Source of the DNA: Squalus acanthias
Taxonomy: Eukaryota
DNA: 64,000 nucleotides
Direction: 5' to 3'
Assembly: GCA_030390025.1 (NCBI GenBank)
Contig: CM059428.1
Coordinates: 91,636,001-91,700,000, forward strand
Shown here: one piece after another, positions 37,214 to 50,156 of the stretch
Layout of the letters: each line of letters opens with the position of its first letter
How positions within the stretch are numbered: position 1 is the first letter of the stretch
Program-made: the position numbers and the translations under genes
The notes under the pieces: generated by a model
Told to the model about the DNA's origin: nothing
The model's database searches: none
Seen by the model: only the letters and a program-made list of their open reading frames with translations

Positions 37214-38030
37214 ATTTGTTTTAGACAGACGTTAGGCAGAGTCAGTATGGTTTTATGAAAGGGGAAATCGTGTTTGACAAATCTATGAGAGTTTTTTGAG
37301 GTTGTAACTAGCAGGGTAGATAAGGGGGAACCATAGTATATTTGGATTTTCAAAAGGCATTCGCTAAGATGCCACACAAGAGGTTGTTGCACAAGATTAG
37401 GGCTCACGGGATTGGGGCTCACGGGATTGGGGTAAATATATTAGCTTGGCTTAAAGATTGGTTAGTGGACAGAAAACAGAGTAGGAATAAATACGTAATT
37501 TTCGGGTTGGCTGGCTGTAACTAGGGGAGTGCCGCAAGGATCAGTGCTTGGGCCTCAGCTATTTACAATCTGTATCAATGACTTACATGAGTGGACCGAC
37601 TGTAATGTATCTAAGTTTACTGATGACACAAAGCTAGGTGAGAAAGTAAACTGTGAGGAGGACGCAAAGATGCTGCAAAGGAATGCAGACAGGTTAAGTG
37701 AGTGGGCAATAAGGTGGCAGATGGAGAGTCTAGAACTAGGGGTCATAGACTCAGGATAAGGGATTGGCCATTTAGGACTGAGATGAGAAATTTCTTCACT
37801 CAGAGGGTTGTGAATCTTTGGAATTCTCTACCCCAGAGGGTTGTGGATGCTCAGTCGTTAATATATTCAAGACTGAAAGCGATAGATTTTTGGACACTAA
37901 GGGAATCAAGGGATATGGAGATAGGGCAGCAAAGTGGATTTGAGGTAGAAGATCAGCCATGATCTTATTGAATGGCGGAGCAGGCTTGAGTGGCCGTATG
38001 GCTTACTCTTGCTCCTATTTCTTATGTTCG
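37214..38030 (+). mobile_element. CR1 LINE, deleted and degenerate
   Basis: DFQKAF, PQGSVLGPQLF and FFTQRVVNLWNSLP; CR1 3' UTR. Confidence 0.85.
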
Positions 38031-39949
38031 TAACAAAAAATCGTTATGTTAGTCCCTGCTAAATTATCATGAGATCATATGATTGGTTCGGATGAAGATG
38101 TCATCCTTTCAAAATACAAACCCTACCATCTCCCTATTGCTGCATCTAACTTTGTCTTAAATGAGTGATTATCCGATCCTCAGCCACTTAGTCCGGAAAA
38201 TCTGTTCCAGTTGTATGCAGAAATTGGGGGAGATTTAGGCATGTTTTCGGTTGCAAAGTGGTCAACGTGCTCTGAGCGCGCGTCAGAAGGCAGAGGCCCA
38301 AGGTTGGGCCTTGGGCATCAACGACATATATCCAGTGAGCGGCAGACTCAATCGGACATCCTAATGCAGCTTGGCAGTTTCAAGGACACCAATTTGGGCT
38401 GGGCACAATGCCAATAGCAGTCCTCGCATCGGTCCTGGGAGGGGGCGAGCATGGGACGGCTGCAGCCTCTGGTAGTGATGTGCAGGCAGGAGGAGCTCAC
38501 CTACTCCCTTGCCAAGGTTTTACTGTGGACATGGAGCACGCACTCAGTTCCATAGAGAAGCGCAGTAAATGCAATATTTTGCAAATTATTATTTTAACTT
38601 AAAAATAACTAGTTACCTGGGACATAGCAGCAGGAAGTACTTATTCCAAGAGTTTTCTTATCCTTTAAGACTCCTTTGTACGTAGCAGTGCAACACTATT
38701 TCTCTTCCTTACTGTTTTTTGAGGAATAGACAAAAATAGAACATGACAGAGCAATTTGAGGGACCAATGAGCAAGTGTAATGGAGTGGACAGTAATTATT
38801 GTTGATTATTTGTATTCATTGTGCAGTGTCATTGAATGTTTTGGTCATTTGTGCTCAGCATGTTGCATTTGGGATTAATGAAGGTCATCTTTGGATTGTT
38901 CTGTGTCCCTCACATAGATATCAGCTCTGCCTATTGCATTTATTGGCTTCTGAAGATGATACTGGACCATTTTAGTCCCATGCACAATTGCTGTGATGTG
39001 ATATAATTTAAATGCACGTTGGTTGACTGAGCGATTCAGCATTAATAAGTAATCACTTCCACTTTGTGAAAATCTCCATCGCACACTCTTGTGAACTAAA
39101 TCAACTTTTTTTATTCAGATTCTTATAAATTCATTTTTTCCCCCTTTTTTCTTTCACTGAACTCGGTTCCCTTCATACGTCATAGAAAAAATGTTTTGGC
39201 ATCCGTATTTCTCCAGTGTCAACACTGTTCACAATGTACAGTCCGAGTGGAACGAATTAGGTGCTTCTCCTTTTCATTTGCCTGAAATTAGCCACTCCTC
39301 TCAGCCACCTAGCTGAGCGAAAGTAACCTAGCCAAGGTAAGCAGGTTCAAGTAATAGGTAGCCCTGGGATCAAAATTTATGTTCTGCTTGTTGAACGTGA
39401 AGCATTTAATTTTGTTTTAACCAAGCCAGCAGAAATTGGTGCATATATGAACAGACTGAGGTTGCATAATCCTGTCCTGCTCACACCTGAGTGAATAGTT
39501 TCATACGTCTATCTAAAAACCTTCAGGATAATTATAACTGAACTTGCCCAGTGAGAAACTACATGATTAGATTAATCCCCTGTTTTATACCCCGCCTGAT
39601 TTCACTTTCCATTGAAGTTGATGGGCGTTTCCCTTCTGCCAAACTCAAATTTGTTTGTGACCTTTTTCTTTTAAGTATAAAAAAACACAATCAATTGAAT
39701 GTGCAGAGAAACTCTCTAGGAATAGAAAATACTGCAGACCACTTATTGCAACCTTTTATTTGAGTTTTCACACTTAAAAAAAAAAGACAGACAAAGGCAG
39801 GATCCTGATCTGCCTGAATAGAAATTAAATTATGAATGAACTTACCCAATGTGTACTTAACTGCAATTAATCTTTGTGGCTTTAAAAGAATAAACCTTCA
39901 ACCTATGGCCTTAAAAGGAGATGGCTTAATCTAGCAGCAGAATAAAAAC

Positions 39950-40810
39950 ATGGCTGATCTGTACCCCAACTCTTTTTACACACCTTTGATCCACATCCCT
40001 TGATACCTTTATCGTACAAAAATCTATCGATCTCAGTCTTGCAAATTTCAATTGACCCCAGCATCCACAGCCTTTTGGGGGAGAGAGTTCCAGATTTCCA
40101 CTACCCTGTGAAAATGTGCTTCCTGATTTCACTCCTCAATGGCTTAGCTCTAATTTTAAGATTGTGCCCCCTTGTTCTGTATTCCCCCACCAGAAAGAAA
40201 CACTTGCATTTATATAGCGCCTTTCATGACTTCAGGACGTCCCATAGTGCTTTACAGCCAATGAAGTACGTTGAAGTGTAGTCACTGTTGTAATGTAGGA
40301 GATGTGGCAGCCAATTTGCGCACAGCAATGTCCCACAAACAGAAATGTGATAATGACCAGATAATCTGTTTTAGCAGTGTTGGTTGAGGAATAAATATTG
40401 GTCAGGACACCGGGGATAACTCCCCTGCTCTTCTTCAAAATAGCGCCATGGGATCTTTTACATCCACCTGAGAGGGCAGACGGGGCGTCGTCTCATCTGA
40501 AAGACAGCACCTCCGACAGTGTAGCACTTCCTCAGTACTGCACTGGAGTGTCAGCGTGGATTTTGTGATCAAGTCTCCGGAGGCGAGAGCGCTACCAACT
40601 GAGCCACTGCAGACACTAAAGTAAACAGTTTCTCTGTATCTACTCTATCAAATCCCTTTATCACTTTAAACACCACAATTAGATCACCTTCTAAACTCAA
40701 GTGAATGCAAATCAAGTTTATGCAGCCTGTCCTCATCATTTAACCTTTTAAACCTGGTATAATTCTGGTGAATCTGCACTGTACTCTCTCTTGGCCAATA
40801 TATCCTTCCT
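39950..40810 (-). mobile_element. CR1 3' fragment interrupted by a SINE
   Basis: CR1 3' sequence at 39950-40195 and 40620-40810. Confidence 0.7.
40196..40616 (-). mobile_element. DeuSINE (SacSINE1-like)
   Basis: Reverse complement has GTGGCTCAGTTGGTAGCGCTCTCGCC head, Deu core and TATATAAATGCAAG tail. Confidence 0.8.
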
Positions 40811-41564
40811 ACGATATGGTGGTGGTTGGGGGCGGTGGGGGTGAGAAGAATGCGAGAAGAAGCTGGTTGAGTACCTTGCGGTTTCCCGACAGCAGCCAAC
40901 CACTCCATGATTAACTGCTACAGAGAAACTAGCCTTTTCAATTATTCATAGCTCCTCTTCCAGCAAGATTAGATCCTGCCAAGCAAGTCCTCCTGCTTTA
41001 TAGAGATGTACGTTGTAACTGGGGCAAATGAGGCAGGACTGCTGGGAATTTGGACGGATGGTGTTATCCTGCTAGTCTCACTTCTTACTGACATCCGCAC
41101 GGAAGGGAGCAGGTGCAAGCAGTGCCCACCCTCAATTTGGCAGAAATTTCAGTGGTCAGCAAAATGGGCAAAGTGCTGGTGTAATCAGGTTGTGCTTTGA
41201 TTTCCTCACCGCCAGCCCCGAATATGAAAAAGCAAAAGAAAGACTTGCATTTCTATAGAGCCTTTCATGACCACCGGACGTCCCAAAGCGCTTTACAGCC
41301 AATGAAGTACTTCTTGAAGTGTAGTCGCTGTTGGCACATATGGCACTATTACACTGAAAAATATCAGGAAATTCAGAGCCAATTTAATTTATTTTCCAGG
41401 AACCAATCTGGACAGAAGTCTTAGTCGAAATCTTTTGCACCCCTACCTCCCATCCACACCCTGGCACAGTTCCCCTCGCAGCAGCACAACCTGTGACTCA
41501 TTGCGAGCAACTTTGCATACTAGATGTCACACTTCGTTACAGGTGCAAAACTGTCTTTAAAAAG

Positions 41565-41737
41565 ACAAAAATGAGAAGTCGCACAACACCAGGTTATAGT
41601 CCAACAGTTTTATTTGAACTCACGAGCTTTTGGAGCGCTGCTCCTTTGGCAGGTAAAGTAACTGTTAGACTATAACCTGGTGTTGTGCGACTTCTCATTT
41701 TTGTCCACCCCAGTCCAACACCGGGATCTCCGCATCA
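41565..41737. mobile_element. Second Penelope-like family: inverted pLTR insertion, 13-bp TSD, degenerate hammerhead (-, 41620-41656)
   Basis: Inverted repeat 41565-41607 / 41662-41704; TTAAAAAGACAAA at 41557 and 41738; core mutated to CTGCCAA / AAAA. Confidence 0.75.
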
Positions 41738-42078
41738 TTAAAAAGACAAAGAAAGCCAATCATTGACTGAGACGTTGAAATTTACAAGGAGTTGGAACTG
41801 TCTCTGGTTGACCCCAGAGTGGCTACAATTGTCTGAATTGGCCTGTAAAGAGTAAGCAGGCAGCTAAACATCACAGTCATGCTTCAACCCCCACCATATA
41901 AATGTAACACTTCCTTTCAACAAGAATTCTTCGCAATCCCGTTTGATGTCATCCCTGGTCATTTCTTGCTGTGGCCGTAGCCATAGGGTTTCTTACCCAA
42001 TGTAACTAAAACAAACCTTTATGTAAACTAATTCATTTTCAAATTCTCAGTGTGTGTGTGTGTGTGTATATATATAAT

Positions 42079-42839
42079 GGCCCGAAAATTAGACCTAATA
42101 CGCGAGAGTACGCACTGTGTACTCTCGCGTTTTAGGTCTCCAATTGCCGGTTTCCTGCATGCACTGCGCATGCGCGGGAAACCGGCACTTCGTGAATTCA
42201 AAAGGGGGCGGTTCCTAAGTGAACCGCGTGCGCGCTACAGGCTGCGCGCACGCAGTGCACTTAGTTATTTTTGCAGCTTTGAACGTGCAGGTAAGTGTTG
42301 AAGATTTTACACATAAAGAAAGGAGGCGTAAGACCCCCTTTTAACAAGGTAAGTAGTTAATTAAGTATTTTAAATTTTTTTCAACAGGTTTATCTTTTTT
42401 AGAGACTTTAAAGAAAGGTAAGTTTATTTTTATAACTTTTAAAAAGATTTAAAAAATTTTCAAAAATTTAATTTTTTGTTTAAAGTGGTTAATTTATTTA
42501 ACTATACTTATTTTATTAATGTGATGGCTTTTTTTAAAATTTAATTGAGGTTTAGCTGTTCTTTTGGGGGTTTGTAGGATTCATAGCTTTGACAGCTCTT
42601 GCTGTCAAAACTATGAATGAAAGATGGTGTGCTGCCATTGGCTCTAACTGAATCACGTGATCCCAGAGCTCGCACGAACTAATTGCGCCTCTGAGTCACG
42701 CAAGCACTGCACAGCTGCATGTGGGACTGGCCTTGAAACTAAAGTTCGTATGGGCCCGGAGGAAAAAGGTAGGTGCGGAGTGAGATATCGCGGGGAAGCC
42801 TTACCCCCGTGGGAACACTCACTCTTTAATTTCTGTGCC
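42079..42839. mobile_element. Harbinger MITE family H, copy 2 (inverted relative to copy 1)
   Basis: GGCCCGAAAATTA / TAATTTCTGTGCC TIR, flanks AAT/ATT; same motif order as 16059-16822. Confidence 0.8.
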
Positions 42840-43822
42840 ATTATATATAAAAAGAAACTGCACACAGGTACTCTAATCTGTCTCTTTGAGCTACTGACGT
42901 CCAAATGGAAGGGGGCAGTTGCAAGAAATGCATCTCTTTCTGAAGTTAAAAGTCTCCTGAAACTTTAACGCATGAAAGCTTTTAATATTTATTAAATTCT
43001 TTATTACATTATGCAGTACTTGTTTAGTGCTGTGTTGTCGCTAGGGAGGGAATAATTAATGTTGTGTTCAGTATCTCATTTGTGTAGTTCTTGGTGTGTG
43101 TATTTCAAGGATGATAATGCTGCACACAGGAAACACTTCCTCTGAGAGCTACATTTAATGACATTGTAAACCCATTAAAAAGGAGTTTGCAATTTTTTTT
43201 ACAAATAGTGCACAGAGGAAATCTTCCCAACCCTAACCAAAGTGCAAGTTGGTGTGTCACATGTAATAAAACCTCAGTATGATTGGTTTTGATGAAAAAG
43301 TTGACTTGGACTAAGTTAAAACATTAAAAAACAGTACAGCTTCCTGATTTATGATCGATTAGTGAATTATGGACTCATTACCAAGGCAGGAGGTGCAAAG
43401 GGACTGGATGGATTCTGTACATGGACCTGAACCGTGAGAGAAGCCAGCTTTTTTCTGTCCTCAAGAGGATATTGTATAGGATGCAAAGATCTGTATTGTT
43501 TTCTGAACACAGTTTAAAAACTACAATATAATACTCTGCACATAATTATTCTATCTGAAGATTGATTGGTTCAATATAGAATACTACTCTTTGCAAAGAG
43601 CTGTGGGCAACTTCTTTAATGATCGTTGACAAGAACTTCAAGTTCGTCAGCTCATTTTGCAGCCAAACTAATTGAGATGCCTGTGATGCCTGTGGATATA
43701 TCTTAGTTAAGCAATTCCTGATCCAGTGATTGGTATGCAGAAATAGTTTCCTGTTTTGAATTAAACAATATTTCAGACTAGAAGTCCATAATTCTCTCTC
43801 TCTCTTATCCTCTATTGCTAAC

Positions 43823-43860
43823 TTACCTGACGAAGGAGCGATAGCTCCGAAAGCTTGTAA
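43823..43860 (+). ncRNA. Minimal hammerhead ribozyme motif in a pLTR fragment (~43820-43913)
   Basis: TTAC-CTGACGA-A-GGAGC-GATA-GCTCC-GAAAG-CTT-GTAA; palindromic stem III AAGCTT. Confidence 0.82.
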
Positions 43861-44075
43861 AATTAAATAAATCTGTTGGACTATAACCTGGTGTTGTGCG
43901 ACTTCTCATTTTTCTCTTATCCAGTGTTGACTATACTCCCACACATGTTAATATGTGTTTTGTGCAATTAGTTTCTTTGATTCTTAATTCCCTTAAAAGC
44001 TCCACTGCATTATAAAATCCCATCTGAAGGCTAAAGTTACGGCTAAGTAATGTAATGATGAATTTTTAATAATTT

Positions 44076-45150
44076 CAGCCTTGGTTCAGTGGTAGTACTC
44101 AACAACAACATCAACTTGTATTTATATAGCGCCTTTAACGTAGTAAAACATCCCAAGGCACTGCACAGGAGTATTTTAAGACAAAAAATTTGACACCGAG
44201 CCACATAAGGATAAATTAGGGCAGGTGACCAAAAGCTTGGTCAAAGAGGTAGGTTTTAAGGAGCGTCTTAAAGAAGGAAAGAGAGGTAGAGAGACGAACA
44301 GGTTTAGGCAGGGAATTCCAGAGCTCAGGGCCTAGGCAACAGAAGGCACGACCACCAAAGGTTGAGCAATTATAATCAGGGATGCTCAAGAGGGCAGAAT
44401 TAGAGGAGCGCAGATATCTCGGGGGGGGGGGGGGGGGGGGGGTTGTGGGGCTGAAGGAGATTACAGAGATGGGAAAGGGGCGAGGCCATGGAGGGATTTG
44501 GAAACAAGGATAAGAATTTTGAAATCGAGGCGCTGCTTCACCTCTAGGTTGGAAGGTTGTGGCTTCAACCTGCACTCTAGAGACTTTAGCACATATTCTG
44601 GCCTGACATTTAAGTGCAGTACTGAGAGAGTGCTGCACTGTCAGAGGTGCTGTCTTTTCGATGAGACATTAAAACAAGGGCCCATTTGCCCTCAGATACA
44701 TATAAAAGAATCCTATGATAGTATTCGAAGAAGAGTAGGGGCGTTCTCCTGATGCACTGGAATTCCCTCTCTTAACCTCTCCGCTTCAGTACCTCTCTCT
44801 CCTTTAAAACGCTAATTAAAACCTACCTGCTATCCTAATATCTCATTGTGTGGCTCGGTGTCAAATTTTGTTTGATAACACTCCTGTGAAGTGCCTTGGG
44901 TCAGTTTATTATGTTAAATGTGCTATATAAATGCAAGTTGTTGTCGTTGAAGTCCTAGTCAATATTTATTCCTCAATTAATGTTACAAAATACAGATTAT
45001 CTGGTAATTTATCTCATTGCTGCATGCAAATTAATTGCTGCATTTCCCTACAATACAACTGTGACTACATTTTAAAGCTGGTTGTGATTGGTTTGGGACA
45101 CTCTGAGGTCATGAAATATGCTATATAAATACAAGTTTTTTTTCTTTCTT
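44076..45150 (+). mobile_element. DeuSINE interrupted by two L2 3' fragments (44101-44535 -, ~44756-44945 +)
   Basis: SINE head 44076-44100 resumes at ~44536; L2 tails match 25866-26240. Confidence 0.7.
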
Positions 45151-45859
45151 TCAGCCACATTCACTTAATAATGTTCATCCATTAAGCTTGCATAGCTGAT
45201 TACAAATTTTCCAATTTCCTCCATAGACTTTTTTTTAAGTCAACAAAGTTTTATCTGCTGCTTGGAGTCGATTCCATTTCCCTTTTGCACATTTTTCAGA
45301 GTCAAATTAACAAGGTTACTGTTTCAAATTAAATTTATATCTTTAATTAACTTTGATTGGATTTTAAATGGTGAAACAATCTGGTAAGCTCAGTTTACCC
45401 ATATTGCTTTCCTATTAAATCTTTCAGCTTCAGTCCCTTTTTAGCTTTCAAATATTTGGGAGTTTAAAGGCCCAGATTCCACTTAATCATCTTCTTCCAT
45501 AAAACTTTTCTAGCTGTAAGCTCCTGTTGTCCACACAGACCTCCATACACAGCAGTTCCCCTCCCCAACCCTCCCTGCCACCTTTCACAAACCTGTTCCT
45601 TTGGCTACCTGGTCGGTGGTCTAATTTGTTGAAATCACATGCTTTAATAGTTTGTGTGGCAGCTTGGAGTCAAAAAGTAGCACACTGGGGAAATCCAAAG
45701 GTTATCTCCTTGGTAGTGCCTTATGATCAATATTTAAGTAAGGATGTAAAGGTTCTCTTGTAAATGTCCCTAAGTAAAAGCAGATTTGAGATGGGAAGAA
45801 TAAAGCTGTTTCTCGAGTTCTCAGATTTTACTTTCTATTTTCGGATAAAATGGAAAAGC

Positions 45860-46250
45860 AAGAGCTTGCATTTATATAGCACCTTTGCTCATAACCAGGT
45901 CAAAATATAGTCATAGAGTCATACTTTATGTACGATTAATTAATTTGAAGTATAGCTGTTGTTGTTATGTTAGCAAATACAGCAGCCAACATGCACTCAA
46001 GATCCCAAAGATAGCCATGAAATAAAAGGCCAGTTAATCTGTTCTTGGTTATGTTTTTTTGAGGGAAGAATGGTTGTGAGAACACTACGAGAACTTCCTC
46101 GTACTTTGAACTATCAGTCCAAGTTGACAGCCTCTTTTTAATGTCTCAGCCGAAGGAGAACAACTTTGAGAATGCAGTCCTCCCCGAGTCCTACACTCCG
46201 GTATCGACATAGATTATGTACCCAATTTCAAGTAGGGCTTGAAATTGTGG
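45860..46250 (-). mobile_element. Old DeuSINE
   Basis: CTTGCATTTATATAGC tail; collinear with 40196-40616. Confidence 0.55.
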
Positions 46251-46550
46251 AGCCAAAATCTCTAGAGACACAAAATGTGCTTGTTGACTGTGAAAGGATG
46301 TTGACCTCCCAAATCCCGTGGACAGGGTCATTTTAGTAGTCGGAGTGGGTGGCCCCATTGGAATTTCTGATGAAAGGCAATGGGGCAGAAAGCCCATAGC
46401 TCTGGTATCCAACCCAAATTCCTGCACCCCCATTGACAATCTGCTTGAATTGTGCCTGCCTGCATCCCAGAAATGTTGTTCCCTGTAAGTTTCTTATTCA
46501 GAGGCAAGAGTGGAACCAATCGAGCCAAGCTGGCACTATCTTTGTAGATT

Positions 46551-47312
46551 GGCCCGGAATTTGCGGTCAGGAAGACGGCGAACTAACAGCATTCGCCGTC
46601 ATTCCGCCTTTGAAACTGACTGCAACTTCTGGATTTGGCGCATGCGGAAATCCCGAAGTTGCGATTAGTCATTGACAGCTCTGAAACAGACTGCACTGTG
46701 CGCCCCCCCCCCCAGAACTGGCAATCTGTGTAATCAGCCAAATCATTGAAACGGACAAAAACTTTGGCTCTTCCGAATGTACACTGTTAAATTCCCCACT
46801 AAAAGTTAGACCCAAAGGGTTTGGGTGAAACTGGGATTTTGACAGCGTTATTACTGCTAAACAAATGTTAAGGGCCTGGAAAACTAATTTTAATTTTGTG
46901 CCGTGTGAAAGTTGTCCATTTTTAATAAAAATTACATTTTTTAAGAAACTTTTTAAAGTTTAAAAAAAAATGTAAAGTTTGTCCATCTTTATTTCAGGTT
47001 TGCCTTTTCCCCCTGTGCGAGCCCCAATTTTTGTTTGCTCTCTGACATTTTTAAGAAGTTTTTCATTTTAAGAGCTTACCCACTTTTTTGTTTGCTATCT
47101 GAGAGAATTACGCATTTTGATTGGCTGCTTAGACAGCTTGTTGACGTCACAGCAGTTCACACAAGGGAATCCCCACTAACTTCCGTTGATTTGAATTGAC
47201 GATTGGAAAACCTGAAGTTCTCGACATAGGGATCGCGAGATTCTTGTGCAAAGCATACTTCGGGGCAAGCAGCGACTGCCTTTGCTTCGCTGCTGACCGG
47301 AAATTCCGGGCC
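46551..47312. mobile_element. Harbinger MITE, 20-bp TIR, TSD ATT
   Basis: GGCCCGGAATTTGCGGTCAG / CTGACCGGAAATTCCGGGCC with ATT on both sides. Confidence 0.88.
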
Positions 47313-47548
47313 ATTATGTTAAAATCTTGTTAATGTATGCACTTCCTGTCCACAATCTTCACTTCCTGTTGTCATGATTTTTTTTTGTCACACATTTAAC
47401 ATTGAAATTCCTTATTAATTAAGTGTAATTAAATTTTCCAATATAAACAGTTGCCCATCATTATTTGTTGATGAACTGAATAAATCACTGAAAATGCTTT
47501 TTTAAAAAAAAATGTTGTCTTCCTTTTTTTCTTCAACATAAGATTTTA

Positions 47549-47777
47549 CTCAACCAGAATGATTGAGGGGATGGAGGGATTGGAATATGACGAACAATTA
47601 TGTAAGATGGGCATGTGCTCACTGGCAAAGAGAAGTTTGAGAGGTGATATAATTGCTGTTTTTAGGATTCTAATGTAGACCATGACGAGCTGTTTCACCT
47701 TGTCCAGAACGGTAAAACCAGAGGACATGGCTTGTACTTAAAGGGGGAAAAATTCAACACTAATCTGAGGGAACACT
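47549..47777 (+). mobile_element. Old CR1 3' fragment, resumes at 49961-50070
   Basis: RSLRGDIIAVFRI before the insert and FSERVINLWN after it. Confidence 0.65.
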
Positions 47778-49960
47778 GGCCTAGAAATTCGTGAAATTCG
47801 TGTTATTCGGTGTTAACGGCCGCCGAAAATGGTGGCGCTGGCAGGACGGAAAATTGGCGCTAGGGACTAATTATCATTAGCCCAGCGCTAAACTCACAGT
47901 GTAACGCCATCCTGGTGGTGTTGGTCCTGGCAGCAGGCCCCAATGTGACGTGCCCAAGCAGCATTGCTGCTTCAACAGCCTCTGAAAGTGAGGCTGTGAT
48001 TTCACAAAGCATTGTGGGATCTTAAAAGGGGAATGCATTGTCGTTTTCTTAAAAGGACGGTGCCTTCTGAAATGATAAAAATAAAAATGATGTAAAAATA
48101 TGCAGTTTTTAACCCTTACAGCTCAACTTCCTTCTTAAAAAGAATTCCCAACTGGGAGTCTTTAGCTCTGAAAGCTGAATTGCCTTCTGCACTTAAAAAA
48201 AATGGTAAAAGTGCTTCAGCACGAACACAAATTGCTGAGCAAGCCAGGGAAGGGGCACCCAGGGTCTCACACACTGCACTCCAGAAAGGTCCTCTACCCA
48301 CGGGCCAGGAGGCCCTCCAGAAAGAACGATGGGGGACCAGATCACCAAGGCCAGCAGTGTCGCCCCTCCACCACCTGGCTCCAGTGCCCAAAGAAGCTTC
48401 ATGACCTCAGACCAGTGGTCAAGGTCAGTGAATGCATCTTCAAAAGCCGTCTCCTACCAACTGCATCACTAGCCTCACACAGTTCTTGATGCATGACTCC
48501 CCCCCCCGTCCCCCACCCCCCCCCCCCCCCCAATCACTCACCTACCAACAATCTGTACCAATCACAAGGCACAGATCCCATTCGGGCTTCACCTCACCCC
48601 CTTGGAGGAGATGGTGCTGGCCATTTTTAGCTGGGGCATGGCTGAGCCCTTGGCCAGCGGCGCGGCTGAAAGGATACAAGATGCTGGTATCCTCATACGT
48701 TATCCTCCTTCTCGCATACACCTCTTGCTTTCCCACCCTCTCCTCACCACAACTCCACCCTTGTGCCTTCCTCATTTCACACACCCAAGAAATCCAGCCT
48801 GCTCAACCAGTGATTGACTAAGAAGAGGGAGAGGAGAGTGAAGAAGAAGAAGAAACACAGTCACTCGATTTCACACTCTCAGCCACCAGCTCCTCAAGGT
48901 CGACCAGCAAAGCCATTTGCAGTGTCCCCACTGAAAGTCAGCGGCCTTCTACCAGCCATGCTGCAGCCACTGAGGTAGCACTGCGTGACATCTGTAGAAC
49001 AGGCAAAGGCACACACAAGACAGTCACTAAGGGAATGCATAAGGGTGATGAGTTTATTTCTTGATGTCATATTGGATGGATAGATGTATAAAGTTGGATT
49101 GGAAAGTTTGCTTTGTGGTGGCTTTTATTTCAGCATTGTGGCCAAGAGGATGCTGTGATGGTCAGTATCAGAGGAAGGTAAGGTGTGGGACAAATGTTGA
49201 AAGGGGAATTGGGGTTGTGGTCACTGGGACCGCAGGCTGATGATTCCATCCTGGATATCCCGGCCAGAAAGGGGCTCTCTGGATTGCATCCTTCCTTCTG
49301 CTTCTTCCTCTTCTGTGTCTTCCTCTTCTGCGTCTTCCTCTTCCCTCTGCGAGTGGATGCTGGAAATCTGAAATAAAAGCATAAAATGCTGGAAATACTC
49401 AGCAGGTCAGGCAGCATCTCAACCTAAGACGCGAACTTTGTTTCTCTCTCCAGGGATGTTGCCTGACCTACTCAGTATTTGCAGCATTATCTGTCTTCTC
49501 AGAGGCCTTCCTTTACCATCCGAGGCCTTGCAAGCGTCCAGCAGCACTCCCTGCATACTTAAAAAAAAACTTTTAACATGTATTACACCAAGCCACTACT
49601 TAAATAAAATTTTAAAAAGTCCAAAAGCATAAATGCAAACTTACCTGCAAGATGTGTGTGTCCCTTTGAGAGGTGGTGACAGCGTCTGTCAGATTGCTGA
49701 ATGCTGGGTTTTCATGGCGAGCTTAGGACTCAGCACTGAACTCGGCACTGAGGTCCAAGTTTGCTGAGGTGACATTAAGACTGACATCCTCTTAATTTAC
49801 ATTTCCTGGGCCAGCGCTGCTATTGGCAACGCCAAGGCCCTCACCAAAATGGCAGCCGGCAAGTCCCGCTCCAAAGAAGGGCACTAGAGTGGCGGCCGCC
49901 ATTTTTCGACCAGAATCACAGGCGAAAACCCGTGGCGGTAAGTGGGCCAATGTCTAGGCC
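47778..49960. mobile_element. Decayed Harbinger derivative inserted in CR1
   Basis: GGCCTAGAAATT / AATGTCTAGGCC, flanks ACT/ATT; Myb exon 1 remnant (QCPKKLHDLRPVVK|GTCAGT), Myb C-terminal remnant, transposase acidic tail (-); pLTR fragments at ~49355-49495. Confidence 0.8.
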
Positions 49961-50156
49961 ATTATTTCAGTGAGCGAGTGATAAATCTATGGAACAAGCT
50001 GGCTACGGAGAGGTTGGAAGCAGATAGGGATCATTCATTCAAATGCAATTTGGATAGATTAATTTCAGAAAAGAGAGACTTGCATTTATATAGTGCCTTT
50101 CAGGACGTCAGGCGTCCCAAAGCACTTTACAACCAATGAAGTACTTTTGAAGTATA

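Noticed and set aside
40575-40616. tRNA gene
   Set aside because: tRNA-derived SINE head with deletions; no cloverleaf.
41620-41656. Functional hammerhead
   Set aside because: Core bases mutated (CUGCCAA, AAAA).
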